From: Candidatus Micrarchaeota archaeon
Lineage (GTDB): Archaea; Micrarchaeota; Micrarchaeia; Norongarragalinales; Norongarragalinaceae
Assembly (NCBI GenBank): GCA_037444485.1
Contig: JBBIMI010000001.1
Location: 15,526-79,525, forward strand
Length of the DNA: 64,000 bases
Direction of reading: 5' to 3'
Positions 37,781 to 47,832 of the stretch are shown piece after piece. Within the stretch, counting starts at the first letter, position 1, and the number at the start of each line of letters is the position of its first letter. The notes below the pieces were generated by a model, which was given only the letters and a program-made list of their open reading frames with translations, searched no databases and was not told the DNA's origin. A program made the translations under genes and the position numbers.

Positions 37781-38233
37781 TCACTTGACTAATAGAGCTG
37801 CTTCCTCTGGAACGTAACTCCAGTCAGCTGGAATCTTTTTGCCGCGGTAATAACGCACAAGCCGCCTGATTTTTGACTCGACGTGCGCGAGCTTCACCTT
37901 ATTCTGCACGTCGCGCGGGTTTTGCTTCAAGTGCTTACGCAAGCCAACCGCGGCGCGAATCAAGTCCATCAAGTCGCTAGGGTACTTCGGCCCAAGGTTT
38001 TTTTCCTTCAAAAAAGCGCTGATGCTTTGTCCTAAAACAAGCTTCGCGTTCGGCACACCGTACTGGTCGCGCAACACTACTCCAATTCTCGCTTCAGTCT
38101 CGCCCTCGCGCGCAAGTTTTTCAATAACTGTTTCCACTTCTTTTTTTGAAGCCCGAATCCAGCCTACACTCCGCTTGCCGACTGGCTTGTGTGAGCTCGA
38201 CTTTCCCTTCTTCCGCGTATGCAACCTAGCCAA
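37781..38233 (-). CDS. rps15: 30S ribosomal protein S15 (uS15 / S13e).
   Basis: MARLHTRKKGKSSS..P....P.W...S..EVE..I.KLAREG...IGV.LRDQ.G.P and C-terminal KIRRLVRYYR. Confidence 0.85.
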   Translation of the reverse strand: MARLHTRKKGKSSSHKPVGKRSVGWIRASKKEVETVIEKLAREGETEARIGVVLRDQYGVPNAKLVLGQSISAFLKEKNLGPKYPSDLMDLIRAAVGLRKHLKQNPRDVQNKVKLAHVESKIRRLVRYYRGKKIPADWSYVPEEAALLVK

Positions 38234-38350
38234 ATAAACAACTCCTTAAACAAAGAATCGAATTTGTTTTCAAAAGAAAAGAATTCGACGTTTTCCACTT
38301 CACTAAAAATTTTGCGGGAACGACTATAAAAACCTTTTATTCGAAACCTT

Positions 38351-40729
38351 TTATTCGAACACTTTCACAGAAAACTCTTTCTCGCTGCGCTTTACTTCGA
38401 CAACCCTTGCCTTCGCAATAACCTTGATTTCGTCAACAACGTCAGCCAACAAACGCGCTTCCTCTATTCCGACGCCGACTTCAACGCACTCTACAGGTGC
38501 ATTCAACGCGAGTCCCTTCGCTGCCTTGAACTTGCGCGTTTCACTCAACACTAAATGCATCAAGTCCACTGTTTTTTTAACGCTCGCGTCGCAAACTCGT
38601 TTCGGTTCAGGCCACCCCTGTACATGCAGACTCTCGCCGCGCTTTGCGAACAACTGCGAATAAATTTCTTCAGTAGTGTAAGGTGCGAAAGGCGCGAGCA
38701 GCTTGAGAGTAGTTTCAAGAACTTCACGTAATGCGTGCTGTGCGCCGCGTTTTGACTCTGCGTCAGCGCCGTAAATCCTGTGCTTGACGTCTTCCAAGTA
38801 GTAATCGCAGAACGAGTGCCAAAAGAACGACTGCACTGCAGTAATCGCGGCATAGTAATCGAATTCCTCCATTGCTTTAGTCGCGATGCGAATAGTCTCG
38901 CTTAACTCGCCGAGAATCCACTTGTCAACGATGCTTTCTTTCGCTTTCGCACTCGCGTCAAAGCCTTCTAGAGCCTTTTCCACGAATTTGGAGGCGTTCC
39001 ATAACTTCGTCAAAAAAGATTGCGCGAAATCAATGTCCTTCCAACTAAACACGACGTCTTTTCCAGTGCGTCCACTTAAGGCAGTCCACTGGCGTAACGC
39101 ATCAACGCTAGCGCGTTTTATTACGTCCTTCGCTTCAACGTAATTGCCGAGCGACTTACTCATTTTCTTGCCGTCAACACCTAAAACCATTCCATTCACG
39201 AGCACTGTCCCGAAAGCAGGTTTGCCTGTAAGCGCCAAGCAACGGTAAATAGTGTAAAACGCCCAAGTGCGAATAATGTCGGTTCCCTGCGGCCGAAGCG
39301 AAACCGGAAAAAAACGCTTGAACTTCTCCTCGTCACGCGTCCAGCCTGAAATCACGAGCGGGGTGACGCTCGAGTCAACCCAACCGTCGCAAACGCTTTC
39401 CTCGCCGGCAAGCGAACCGCCGCAAGAACACTTCGCGCGAGGCGGCGCGTCAACAGTCGGGTCTACCGGCAACGCGTTTTCTTTTTGCGCAAATACTTTG
39501 CCGCATTTTACGCAATACCAAAAAGGAATCGGAATGCCGAAAGCCCTCTGGCGCGAAATGCACCAATCCCATTCGAGTGCGTCAACCCAATCCAGCAATA
39601 ACTGCCGCGAGTGTTCGGGAATCCAACGCATTTCCCCGCTCGCTTTTTTTACTTCTTGTTTGAAGTTGGATAACTTGGCAAACCACTGCGTGGACTCGAT
39701 GAACTCGACTGCGTGCTTGCAGCGGTCGTGAATCTTTACAGTCTGCTTTAAAGCCTCTGTTTTTTTCAACAAACCTTTTTCTGCAAGCTTGCCAACGATT
39801 TTCTCGCGCGCTTGAACAACAGTCAATCCGTCTAGCTCGCCTGCGTTCGCGAGTTCACCCCGCTCGTTCATCGCCTTTATTATAGGCAGCTTGTGACGGT
39901 AAGCCCAGACAACGTCAGTCTTGTCTCCGAAAGTGCACACCATCACGGCGCCTGTTCCGAAATTCGGGTCCACGTCAGAATCCGCCAAGATTTTTACAGT
40001 TTTTCCAAACAAAGGCGTAGTCAACGTTTTTCCAACGAATTGCTTGAAACGCTCGTCGCCGGGGTTGACGAGAACCGCAACGCAAGCGTGCAGCAATTCT
40101 GGGCGCGTGGTCGCGATCTGGAACGCTTTTCCATCGACAGTCTTGAAGTCGATAAAGTAAAGCACTGAATCCCGCTCTATTTCCTCAGTCTCCGCCTTCG
40201 CAATCGCGCTTGCGCACTTCGTACACCACAAGACCGGGTGCCTAGCGCGGTAAACCAGTTTTTTTTCGAACATCTTTAATAAAGAGTATTGAACTAGTTT
40301 CTTGTACTCGGCGCTCGTCGTGAAGTACTCTGACCGCCAGTCGATGCTGAAACCCATCAACTTCATCTGCGGCCGAATTGAAGCGATGTTAGCGTTCGTC
40401 CACTCTAGACACTTTTCGCGAAACTCTTTCTTCGGCAAACGCCCGTACTTCGCTTCAACCTTCACTTCAGTAGGAAAACCGTGGCAATCCCAACCCTGCG
40501 GAAAGAAAACATTGAAGCCCCGCATGCGCTTGAAGCGCGCTGCGAAATCGATGTAACACCAGTTTAACACGCTGCCTGTATGGAACTCGCCGGTTGGGAA
40601 AGGCGGGGGAGTGTCTATCACGAAAACAGGTTTTTTCGAATCAAAGTAATCGAACTCGTGAATCTTTTTTTCCTCCCAAACCTTCAACCATTTTTCTTGA
40701 ATTTTTTCGTGAACGAGTTTATCAAGCAC
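38351..40729 (-). CDS. valS: Class I aminoacyl-tRNA synthetase, most consistent with valyl-tRNA synthetase.
   Basis: IDTPPPFPTGEFHTGSV ... RFKRMRGFNVFFPQGWDCHGFPTE and KKMSKSLGN (KMSKS). The 792-aa length fits archaeal ValRS and is too short for IleRS. The HIGH motif reads HTGS. Confidence 0.55.
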   Translation of the reverse strand: MLDKLVHEKIQEKWLKVWEEKKIHEFDYFDSKKPVFVIDTPPPFPTGEFHTGSVLNWCYIDFAARFKRMRGFNVFFPQGWDCHGFPTEVKVEAKYGRLPKKEFREKCLEWTNANIASIRPQMKLMGFSIDWRSEYFTTSAEYKKLVQYSLLKMFEKKLVYRARHPVLWCTKCASAIAKAETEEIERDSVLYFIDFKTVDGKAFQIATTRPELLHACVAVLVNPGDERFKQFVGKTLTTPLFGKTVKILADSDVDPNFGTGAVMVCTFGDKTDVVWAYRHKLPIIKAMNERGELANAGELDGLTVVQAREKIVGKLAEKGLLKKTEALKQTVKIHDRCKHAVEFIESTQWFAKLSNFKQEVKKASGEMRWIPEHSRQLLLDWVDALEWDWCISRQRAFGIPIPFWYCVKCGKVFAQKENALPVDPTVDAPPRAKCSCGGSLAGEESVCDGWVDSSVTPLVISGWTRDEEKFKRFFPVSLRPQGTDIIRTWAFYTIYRCLALTGKPAFGTVLVNGMVLGVDGKKMSKSLGNYVEAKDVIKRASVDALRQWTALSGRTGKDVVFSWKDIDFAQSFLTKLWNASKFVEKALEGFDASAKAKESIVDKWILGELSETIRIATKAMEEFDYYAAITAVQSFFWHSFCDYYLEDVKHRIYGADAESKRGAQHALREVLETTLKLLAPFAPYTTEEIYSQLFAKRGESLHVQGWPEPKRVCDASVKKTVDLMHLVLSETRKFKAAKGLALNAPVECVEVGVGIEEARLLADVVDEIKVIAKARVVEVKRSEKEFSVKVFE

Positions 40730-40820
40730 TTCAATCCACTCGAACGCTCCGAGAAAAAAACAAAAAACGGCGACTAGAAAACGCAGAAATGGGAGAACTG
40801 CTGCGTGGTTGACGTTTTTC

Positions 40821-40991
40821 CTACTTCTTTTTGAAGCGCGCGGTCCACTTCAAGCGCGACGGATTGCGTTTCAACGCCGCGTTCTTCTCGCACTTTCTTG
40901 AACAGTAACGCACTGCAGACCCGTCTTTCTTGAACAACGTGACTCCGAAACCTGCTTGAATCTCTTTCCCGCAAAAACTACATGACGCCAT
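40821..40991 (-). CDS. rpl24e: 50S ribosomal protein L24e (56 aa, below the ORF-track length cutoff).
   Basis: The translation MASCSFCGKEIQAGFGVTLFKKDGSAVRYCSRKCEKNAALKRNPSRLKWTARFKKK matches L24e's C-x2-C...C-x3-C zinc ribbon and KR.P..L.WT motif. Confidence 0.8.
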   Translation of the reverse strand: MASCSFCGKEIQAGFGVTLFKKDGSAVRYCSRKCEKNAALKRNPSRLKWTARFKKK

Positions 40992-41090
40992 TAACCTTTC
41001 AACCTTTTCCGTTCTTCAACCCTTTCCGCTCGCTAGCTCCAGCTTGCTAACTCTATTCGCTAGCGCTCACTAGCTCCAGTTTGCAGTCCT

Positions 41091-41450
41091 TCATTTTTTT
41101 TCTTGCTTTTTCTGCTTCAACGGACGCGCTTCCCGCTCCGTCTCTAACAACATCAACACGTCTCCCTTTTTTACAGGTCCTTTAAGGTTCCTGCGAATAA
41201 CGCGGCCCTTGTCGCGGCCTTCAAGCACTTTAACCATCACTTGCTTGACTTCACCGAAAACGCCTGTCCTGCCAATGATTTCGACGACTTGCGCCGGAAA
41301 ACCTTCAAACGCGCCGGCTGCAGCCTGTTGCGCTTGACGTGGTTCGAATGTTTTCTTACCCTCGTTTTTCGAAGCACGCTCTAAAGCTTCCTTCTCCGCT
41401 TTTTTCTCGATGCTCTTTATTTTAGTCTTGCCGCCCAACTGCAAAACCAC
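41091..41450 (-). CDS. rps28e: 30S ribosomal protein S28e, with an unusually long N-terminal extension.
   Basis: [59 protein letters not shown] is the S28e core. It is preceded by about 50 extra residues. Confidence 0.75.
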   Translation of the reverse strand: MVLQLGGKTKIKSIEKKAEKEALERASKNEGKKTFEPRQAQQAAAGAFEGFPAQVVEIIGRTGVFGEVKQVMVKVLEGRDKGRVIRRNLKGPVKKGDVLMLLETEREARPLKQKKQEKK

Positions 41451-41552
41451 CTAAATCCAAAAAATTTTCAAAAAGATTTTCAAAAAAAACGATAAAACGA
41501 TAAAACGAACGATAAAAATTATTCCTAAAAAATTTTCCTAAAAAACAAAAAA

Positions 41553-42056
41553 TTAAGCTACTTCTTTTTCTTCAACTTTTTCTTCCTTAACTTTTTCTTC
41601 TTTCGCTTTCTTCGCTGCTGGCTTCACTGTTTTTTTCGCTTCCTTTTTTTCCGCGCCAGCAGCGCCTGCGCTTGCGCTTGCAGTAGCTTCTTTCGGTAGT
41701 TCTGAAATTATTTCCTTGACTAGCGCTTCAGCGTTGCCTAGCTTCGTGATAGCGATTGCAGCTGTTGGAACGCTTAAGCCAGCCGCCTTGCCGAGGCTCG
41801 CTTTCTCGGGAGTGAAAGCGTAAGGCACGCGTTTCTCGACGCAAAGCATCGGCAAGTGCATGACTATTTCCTCCGGGTCGACGTCTTCAGCGATTACGAC
41901 GAACTTCGCGTCCCCGCGTTCTATTGCCTTCGTAGCTTCGTTAGTGCCTTTGCGCACTTTACCAGTGTTTCTCGCTTCCTCTACAGCCTCGAGAATCTTG
42001 TTTTTCAAGCTCGCTGGAGTCTGAAAATTTACGTAAGACTTTGCCATTCTCATCAC
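41553..42056 (-). CDS. rpl7ae: 50S ribosomal protein L7Ae (also the C/D and H/ACA sRNP kink-turn binder), with a K/A/E-rich C-terminal tail.
   Basis: [44 protein letters not shown]...LGKAAG. A 45-aa low-complexity tail follows, not typical of L7Ae. Confidence 0.85.
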   Translation of the reverse strand: MMRMAKSYVNFQTPASLKNKILEAVEEARNTGKVRKGTNEATKAIERGDAKFVVIAEDVDPEEIVMHLPMLCVEKRVPYAFTPEKASLGKAAGLSVPTAAIAITKLGNAEALVKEIISELPKEATASASAGAAGAEKKEAKKTVKPAAKKAKEEKVKEEKVEEKEVA

Positions 42057-42203
42057 CTCGACGCATTGAAAACGCGTTCACTGATTCGAAGCAAAACCGA
42101 ATACGAAAAAAAGTAGTTTTGCGACAAGATTTTTGTGTGAGAACCAATTTAAATACGTTTTGCATTAATAGAAAAAAAATAAGATGAGAAAACGGAAAAG
42201 AAG

Positions 42204-43250
42204 ATGAAAAAAAATAAAAAAAATTTTCTGTTCGGGGGGAGTGCATTTAAGTTGAAAAAAAAGTTTTCGGTTTTAATCGTTTTCTCGATTGCTGGAATAA
42301 TCTTGTTTGGCTGCGTTTCGCAACCGCAAGCACCTGCTAGTGCTGGCGCTGCAAACGAACGACTAGAAGCAAGCGTTGCAAAAATCGAGAATAGAATCAG
42401 TGCTTTAGAAAGCCGGTTGTCGATGCTCGAAAACGCTTTCGCTAAAAAATTGCTTGAACTCGGCGTTCCTCTGCGTTTTTACTATGACTCGAGCTGCGCG
42501 TTCTGCGCGAATGCTGATTACGTTAGCATGGCTGCTGGCTTGATAGACAGGCTTAAAGACCAAGGAATCCAGCTTGAAATCATTGACGTGAAAGGAAACT
42601 TCACGCAGCCCAACGCCCTTGGACTCAAACGCTTGCCTGCGTTTTACGCACCTGCATTCGCGCTTGCGAAAAGCAAGGAGTTAAGCGAGTTTTTCAAGAC
42701 TCTTGAAGAAAACCGTTTTACGATAATCAACGCGGTGAACGGCTTGGCTGCGTTGACTAACGACGCAAGCGAACTCGTTGGCGGCGATTGCAACCTCGGC
42801 GATGGAAAAGTGCGGTTACGCGAATTCTATTCAGAAACATGCGCGTTTTGCGTGCGCATGAACTACGCTAACGGCACAGAATACAATCCGAAAAACAATC
42901 CGCGTTACGCTAGCGTTTCCAGCGAAGCGGTTGAAGAAGTCAACAAGGCGCTTGGAGATAAAATAATTTACGAAAAATTCTGTATTCTACTGCATACCGC
43001 GCCGGACAACCTGCGACTCATCGGCGTAAACAAAAGCGATGACGAACTTTGCGCCGCGAAGTACTCGCGCGAGGAACTCGATAAAGCGAATTCGCTTGCA
43101 AGCGATTACGCAATTCAAAGCGCGCCGTTCTTCGTGGTAGACTGCAAGTACGTCTTCAACGCTGTGACTGCAGACAAACTCAAGAAAAACATTTGCGCGG
43201 TACGCCCCGACATCTGCAGCAGCGTCAACAACACGAATTCGAGTAGTTGA
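42204..43250 (+). CDS. Secreted putative lipoprotein with tandem thioredoxin-like (DsbA-like) CxxC domains.
   Basis: Signal plus lipobox FSIAGIILFGCVSQPQ. Two CAFC motifs (YYDSSCAFCANAD; YSETCAFCVRMNY), each followed by a segment with DsbA-like spacing. Confidence 0.45.
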   Translation: MKKNKKNFLFGGSAFKLKKKFSVLIVFSIAGIILFGCVSQPQAPASAGAANERLEASVAKIENRISALESRLSMLENAFAKKLLELGVPLRFYYDSSCAFCANADYVSMAAGLIDRLKDQGIQLEIIDVKGNFTQPNALGLKRLPAFYAPAFALAKSKELSEFFKTLEENRFTIINAVNGLAALTNDASELVGGDCNLGDGKVRLREFYSETCAFCVRMNYANGTEYNPKNNPRYASVSSEAVEEVNKALGDKIIYEKFCILLHTAPDNLRLIGVNKSDDELCAAKYSREELDKANSLASDYAIQSAPFFVVDCKYVFNAVTADKLKKNICAVRPDICSSVNNTNSSS

Positions 43251-43261
43251 GAGTTAACCGC

Positions 43262-44563
43262 TTAAAAGTTAACCCTCAATTCGGCAAGCAATTCACGCGC
43301 TCGGTCCACGCTTATTTTTTTCTCTTCAACCATCTTCCGCGCTATAACGTCAATCAACTCGCCTTTAGCGCCCGCCAAAACCGCGATGTTCTTCGCGTGC
43401 AGTTTCATGTGCCCCGCTTGAATTCCTTCGGTAGCAAGCGCGCGAAGCGCAGCGAAATTTTGAGCCAAGCCCACCGCTGCCATAACCTCGCCTAATTCGC
43501 GTGCAGTCTTCACGCCGAGAAGCTTTACGCAAACGCGCGCCACCGGATGCGTTTTCGTCGCGCCGCCGACTAAGCCGAGCGCGACAGGCAGAGTTATTTC
43601 TCCGATTAAGTCCCCTTTCTCGTTCTTGTAGTACTTCGTCAAAGGCGAGTATTTGCCTGAAAGCGCTGCGAAAGCGTGCGCGCCTGCCTCGAGCGCGCGC
43701 CAATCGTTTCCAGTGGCAATCGCTACAGCGTCAACGCCATTCATTATTCCCTTGTTGTGCGTGCAAGCGCGGTATTCGTCGCTTGCCGCGAACGCGTAAG
43801 CGTCGAGAATGCGTTCGATTGTTTCCTCTCCGCCGCAAACTCCTTCGACAGCGAGCTCGCTTTTAGGAAAAACAGCTTTAGCGTGAGCAGTGCGGTTGAC
43901 TGCGAGGTTTGAAATGATGCGCAAGCGCGCGCTCGCTCTAGTAAGCTCTTCCAATTTAGGGGCAAGCGCTTCACTCATCGTGTTCACCGTATTCGCGCCC
44001 ATCGCGTCCCGCACGTCGACAAGCAAGTGCACTGCAAGCATTTTGCCGCGCGGCGAATCGACGACGCGCGATTCAATCCCTCGCGCGCCTCCACCGTGTT
44101 CTACAAGAGTTTTGTCTAGAGTGTTGACGAAAGCAATCAGTTTTTGTTCCTGTTCTTTAATAATCTTGATTGCGTTAGCCCAATCGTTTTCATTAAAACG
44201 CGGATTAACGAGCTGAATCTGTCCAATCATCACGGGCTCAGTCGAAGTAGTAGTGAAACCGCTTGCAGCCCGCGCGATTTTCGCGGCTTTGCTTGCAGCA
44301 GCGACCACGCTTGGTTCTTCGATTGCGAAAGGAATAAAGTAATCTCGGCCGTTGATTTTAAAGTTTGTAGCGATTCCGATCGGCAGTTGCGTTGTTCCAA
44401 CAACGTTTTCAATCATTCTATTCGCTGTTTCCGCGCCCAGCCCACCGTAATGGCTTAAAATCGTCGCTTCTTCTTGAGTTAACCCAGCAAAGTTTCGCAC
44501 GAATTCGAGGCGTTCGGCAGCGGAAAGCTTGTAAAACTCTTTCACTTCAGAAGATTTTTCCAT
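43262..44563 (-). CDS. hmgA: 3-hydroxy-3-methylglutaryl-CoA reductase.
   Basis: ENVVGTTQLPIGIATNFKINGRDYFIPFAIEEPSVVAAASKAAK, DAMGANTVNTM, GTVGG-type segments. Confidence 0.85.
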   Translation of the reverse strand: MEKSSEVKEFYKLSAAERLEFVRNFAGLTQEEATILSHYGGLGAETANRMIENVVGTTQLPIGIATNFKINGRDYFIPFAIEEPSVVAAASKAAKIARAASGFTTTSTEPVMIGQIQLVNPRFNENDWANAIKIIKEQEQKLIAFVNTLDKTLVEHGGGARGIESRVVDSPRGKMLAVHLLVDVRDAMGANTVNTMSEALAPKLEELTRASARLRIISNLAVNRTAHAKAVFPKSELAVEGVCGGEETIERILDAYAFAASDEYRACTHNKGIMNGVDAVAIATGNDWRALEAGAHAFAALSGKYSPLTKYYKNEKGDLIGEITLPVALGLVGGATKTHPVARVCVKLLGVKTARELGEVMAAVGLAQNFAALRALATEGIQAGHMKLHAKNIAVLAGAKGELIDVIARKMVEEKKISVDRARELLAELRVNF

Positions 44564-44749
44564 GACCCCACCAAAAAAAATTATTTCTCCAACGAATTAA
44601 AAACCCCTCTAAAACCCTTCTCTGCTTCGGCAATCAACGATTTTCCTAGAGTTTAGAACGATTTAAAAAAAACAACTCGCAATAAAAAACTGGTAAAAAC
44701 TAGTTGACTGATTAACGAAACGCTTAACAATCGCTCGAGGTAGTCGCGA

Positions 44750-45796
44750 GTGACTGCTGGAATAATTGGTTACGGGACCGCAATACCGCGCTTGCGCATA
44801 AAGCCAAGCGAAATAGCGCGAGTGTGGGGTAAAGACGGCGAACGCGTAAGCGCGAGCTTGAACGTCAAAGAAAAAGCAGTCGCAGCCTTCGACGAAGATT
44901 CTTGCACTCTCGCTGTTGAAGCAGCGAGGGAAGCGCTTGAAACAGCGCGAATCAAGCCAACGCAAATTGGAGCCGTCTTCGTTGGAAGTGAAAGCAAACC
45001 GTACGCAGTCAAGCCAACTGCAACCATAGTCGCTGAAGCAATAGAAGCGACACCCAACCTCACTGCAGCCGACTTCGAATTCGCTTGCAAAGCAGGCACT
45101 ACTGGAATTCAAGCACTCATGGGAATGACTGAAAGCGGAATCATTGATTACGGGATTGCAATAGGTTCAGACACTGCTCAAGGCAGGCCTGCAGACGCTC
45201 TCGAGTACACCGCAGGCAGCGGTGCAGGCGCTTTCATAATCGGAAAACAAGACCCTATTGCGACAATCGACGCTACCTTCTCGTTCACTACAGACACTCC
45301 GGATTTTTGGCGCAGGCAACACGCGGAATTCCCGCGCCACGCAGGCCGTTTTACTGGCAAGCCAGCCTTCTTCAAACACGTGGTAAGCGCGGCTCAAGGA
45401 CTCATGAAAAAAACAGGTTTGACTGCAGAAGATTTCAATTACGTGGTCTTCCATCAGCCCAACGGCAAATTCCCGTTGGAAGCAGGCAAGATTCTCGGCT
45501 TCGAAAAACAAAAACTCGAACAAGGACTAATAACGCCTTACATTGGCAACACTTACAGCGGAGCTTCAATGATTGGGCTCGCAAGCGTCTTAGACGCCGC
45601 CAAGCCCGGCGACAAGATTCTAGTAGTCTCTTACGGCAGCGGCGCAGGCAGCGATGCGTTTGCTATCACCGTCACTGAAGCAATAAAGCAATCCGGCCGC
45701 AGGCCGAAGAAAAGTGTTTTCGAAAAAATCCGCGACAAGGAATACGTTGACTACGCACTCTACGCAAAACACAGAAAGAAAATCAAGAGCTTGTGA
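44750..45796 (+). CDS. Hydroxymethylglutaryl-CoA synthase (archaeal type).
   Basis: MTAGIIGYGTAIPRLRIK N-terminus, catalytic FEFACKAGT, HQPNGKF, YIGNTYSGAS. Confidence 0.8.
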   Translation: MTAGIIGYGTAIPRLRIKPSEIARVWGKDGERVSASLNVKEKAVAAFDEDSCTLAVEAAREALETARIKPTQIGAVFVGSESKPYAVKPTATIVAEAIEATPNLTAADFEFACKAGTTGIQALMGMTESGIIDYGIAIGSDTAQGRPADALEYTAGSGAGAFIIGKQDPIATIDATFSFTTDTPDFWRRQHAEFPRHAGRFTGKPAFFKHVVSAAQGLMKKTGLTAEDFNYVVFHQPNGKFPLEAGKILGFEKQKLEQGLITPYIGNTYSGASMIGLASVLDAAKPGDKILVVSYGSGAGSDAFAITVTEAIKQSGRRPKKSVFEKIRDKEYVDYALYAKHRKKIKSL

Positions 45797-45863
45797 GGAG
45801 ATTAAATTGGGGTTGAGTGAAAGAAAAAAAATTTTCTTTATTTATTTAGGCTATTTACTGTTT

Positions 45864-46163
45864 ATGCTGAACTCCAGCGTGGCTGTAGCAAACCAGGAAA
45901 ACCCGTTTAGAGAAATAACAATGATTTCAATGCTCGTTGCGCCGATTGCTTTCATAATCTGGTTGATTTACAAGATTGTGAATCCAGCTGACTCTCGAGC
46001 GCTTACAGTAATCAAAGGCAGCTTAATCTGGAGTTTAACAATCTTTTTAGGTTCCTCGCTTTACAACATTACTGTTTGGAAACCACGATTCCCAATAACA
46101 CCAGACTACGTTTACCGAGTTGATTCAATGGGCTTTAATCACATTTCCAGCAAGCGCTTTTAG
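45864..46163 (+). CDS. Small hypothetical membrane protein.
   Basis: ORF with 2-3 TM helices between the HMGCS and thiolase genes. Start ambiguous: TTG 45807 or ATG 45864. Confidence 0.3.
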   Translation: MLNSSVAVANQENPFREITMISMLVAPIAFIIWLIYKIVNPADSRALTVIKGSLIWSLTIFLGSSLYNITVWKPRFPITPDYVYRVDSMGFNHISSKRF

Positions 46164-46222
46164 CCGCGCTTGAAATCAAAATACTTAAAGCCAGTAAACA
46201 AGTTAAAAACAAAAAAAAGAAA

Positions 46223-47395
46223 GTGAAACTCATGCGCAAGGTTTCAGTAATAGGGGCTGCTTACACAAAGTTCGGCGAACACTGGGAAAAAAGCTTTAGA
46301 GAACTCGCCGTCGAGGCGGGCGTAAAAGCACTGCAAGACGCGCACATGGAAGGCAAAGACATTCAAGCGCTTTACGGCGCCAGCATGGCCAGCGGCACGT
46401 TTATCGGACAAGAACACGTTGGCGCGCTCTTAGCAGACCAAATGGGTTTAAACCCGATTCCAGCAATACGTTGTGAAGCTGCCTGCGCCAGCGGCGGCGT
46501 TGCGTTCAGGCAAGCTTACCTCGCGGTTGCAAGCGGTGCTTACGACATCGTCGCAGTCGGAGGCGTCGAGAAAATGACTGACGTCAGCGTCGAAGAAGCC
46601 GCAACTGCGCTTGGAGGCGCGGGCGATCAAGAATGGGAATTGTTTTACGGCGCTACTTTTCCAGCGATTTACGCGTTAATGGCGCAAAAATACTTGCACG
46701 ATTTTAATGCGAAAGAAGAAGAATTCGCTGCAGTAGCAGTCAAAAACCACTACAACGGCGCGAGAAACCCGCTAGCACAATACCAGAAAGAAATCACTAT
46801 CGAAGACGTCATGAACTCGGGCTACATCGCCACACCACTCAAACTACTCGACTGTTCACCAATCACTGACGGCGCTGCCGCAGTCATCCTTTGCGCTTCA
46901 GAACACGCAAAGAAATACACCGACCAACCAATCGAAATAATCGCGAGCGCGCAAGCCAGCGACACGCTCGCGCTTGCAAGCAGGCACTGCCTCACAGAAC
47001 TCCATGCTACTAAAGTAGCCGCGAGAGAAGCATTCAAGCAAGCCCGCCTCACGCCAAAAGACATTGACGCAGCCGAAGTACACGATTGCTTCACGTCCGC
47101 GGAAGTGATGGCGATCGAAGACTTAGGATTCTTCGAGAAAGGCAAAGGCGCGAAAGCAACTAGCGACGGCGCGACTGCATTAAACGCAGAAATCTCAGTC
47201 AACACCAGCGGCGGCTTGAAAAGCTGCGGCCACCCAGTTGCCGCAACCGGCATCAAGCAAGTATGCGAAATCGTGGAACAACTCCGCGGCGGCGCGAAAG
47301 AAAGACAAGTAAGCGGCGCGGAAATAGGCTTGACTCACAACGTTGGGGGCAGTGGCGCGACTGCGGTTGTCCACATATTCAAGAGAGGGGATTAA
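46223..47395 (+). CDS. Acetyl-CoA C-acetyltransferase (thiolase), archaeal HMGCS partner.
   Basis: Thiolase fold: active-site Cys region IRCEAACASGGVAFRQAY. C-terminal GHPVAATGIKQVCEI and NVGGSGAT. Confidence 0.85.
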   Translation: MKLMRKVSVIGAAYTKFGEHWEKSFRELAVEAGVKALQDAHMEGKDIQALYGASMASGTFIGQEHVGALLADQMGLNPIPAIRCEAACASGGVAFRQAYLAVASGAYDIVAVGGVEKMTDVSVEEAATALGGAGDQEWELFYGATFPAIYALMAQKYLHDFNAKEEEFAAVAVKNHYNGARNPLAQYQKEITIEDVMNSGYIATPLKLLDCSPITDGAAAVILCASEHAKKYTDQPIEIIASAQASDTLALASRHCLTELHATKVAAREAFKQARLTPKDIDAAEVHDCFTSAEVMAIEDLGFFEKGKGAKATSDGATALNAEISVNTSGGLKSCGHPVAATGIKQVCEIVEQLRGGAKERQVSGAEIGLTHNVGGSGATAVVHIFKRGD

Positions 47396-47414
47396 AATTA
47401 GGCATGCTTTACCG

Positions 47415-47798
47415 TTGATTTGGCGCAGGATTCCAGAACGCTACAACCTACTCGGCTCAACATGCCAAAACTGCGGCGTTTCTTACTATCCTGAACGCAA
47501 GATCTGTCCCAAATGCAGACGCCACGGAAAACTCGTTAAACAAAAAATGCCTCGTGAAGGCAAGATCGTCAGTTACACTCAAGTGCATGCTGCTCCAAAA
47601 GGCTTCGAGCACGAAACGCCTTACTGGCTGGCAATCGTAGAACTCGACAACGGCGCCAAACTAATGGCGCAAATCGTGGACTCGCCGAAAGAAAAAATCG
47701 TTGAAGGCGCGCGCGTGCAAGCCTGCTTCCGCAAAATATTTGAAGATAACGAAGAAGGCGCGATCGCTTACGGATACAAGTTTAAAGTCGTTTACTAA
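47415..47798 (+). CDS. DUF35 protein (Zn-ribbon plus OB-fold scaffold of the thiolase/HMGCS complex).
   Basis: CQNCGVSYYPERKICPKC zinc ribbon followed by an OB-fold-like segment. Conserved gene order after thiolase. Probable TTG start at 47415. Confidence 0.65.
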   Translation: MIWRRIPERYNLLGSTCQNCGVSYYPERKICPKCRRHGKLVKQKMPREGKIVSYTQVHAAPKGFEHETPYWLAIVELDNGAKLMAQIVDSPKEKIVEGARVQACFRKIFEDNEEGAIAYGYKFKVVY

Positions 47799-47832
47799 GC
47801 TTATTTTTAAATCCGTGGGAGAATAGAAAATT

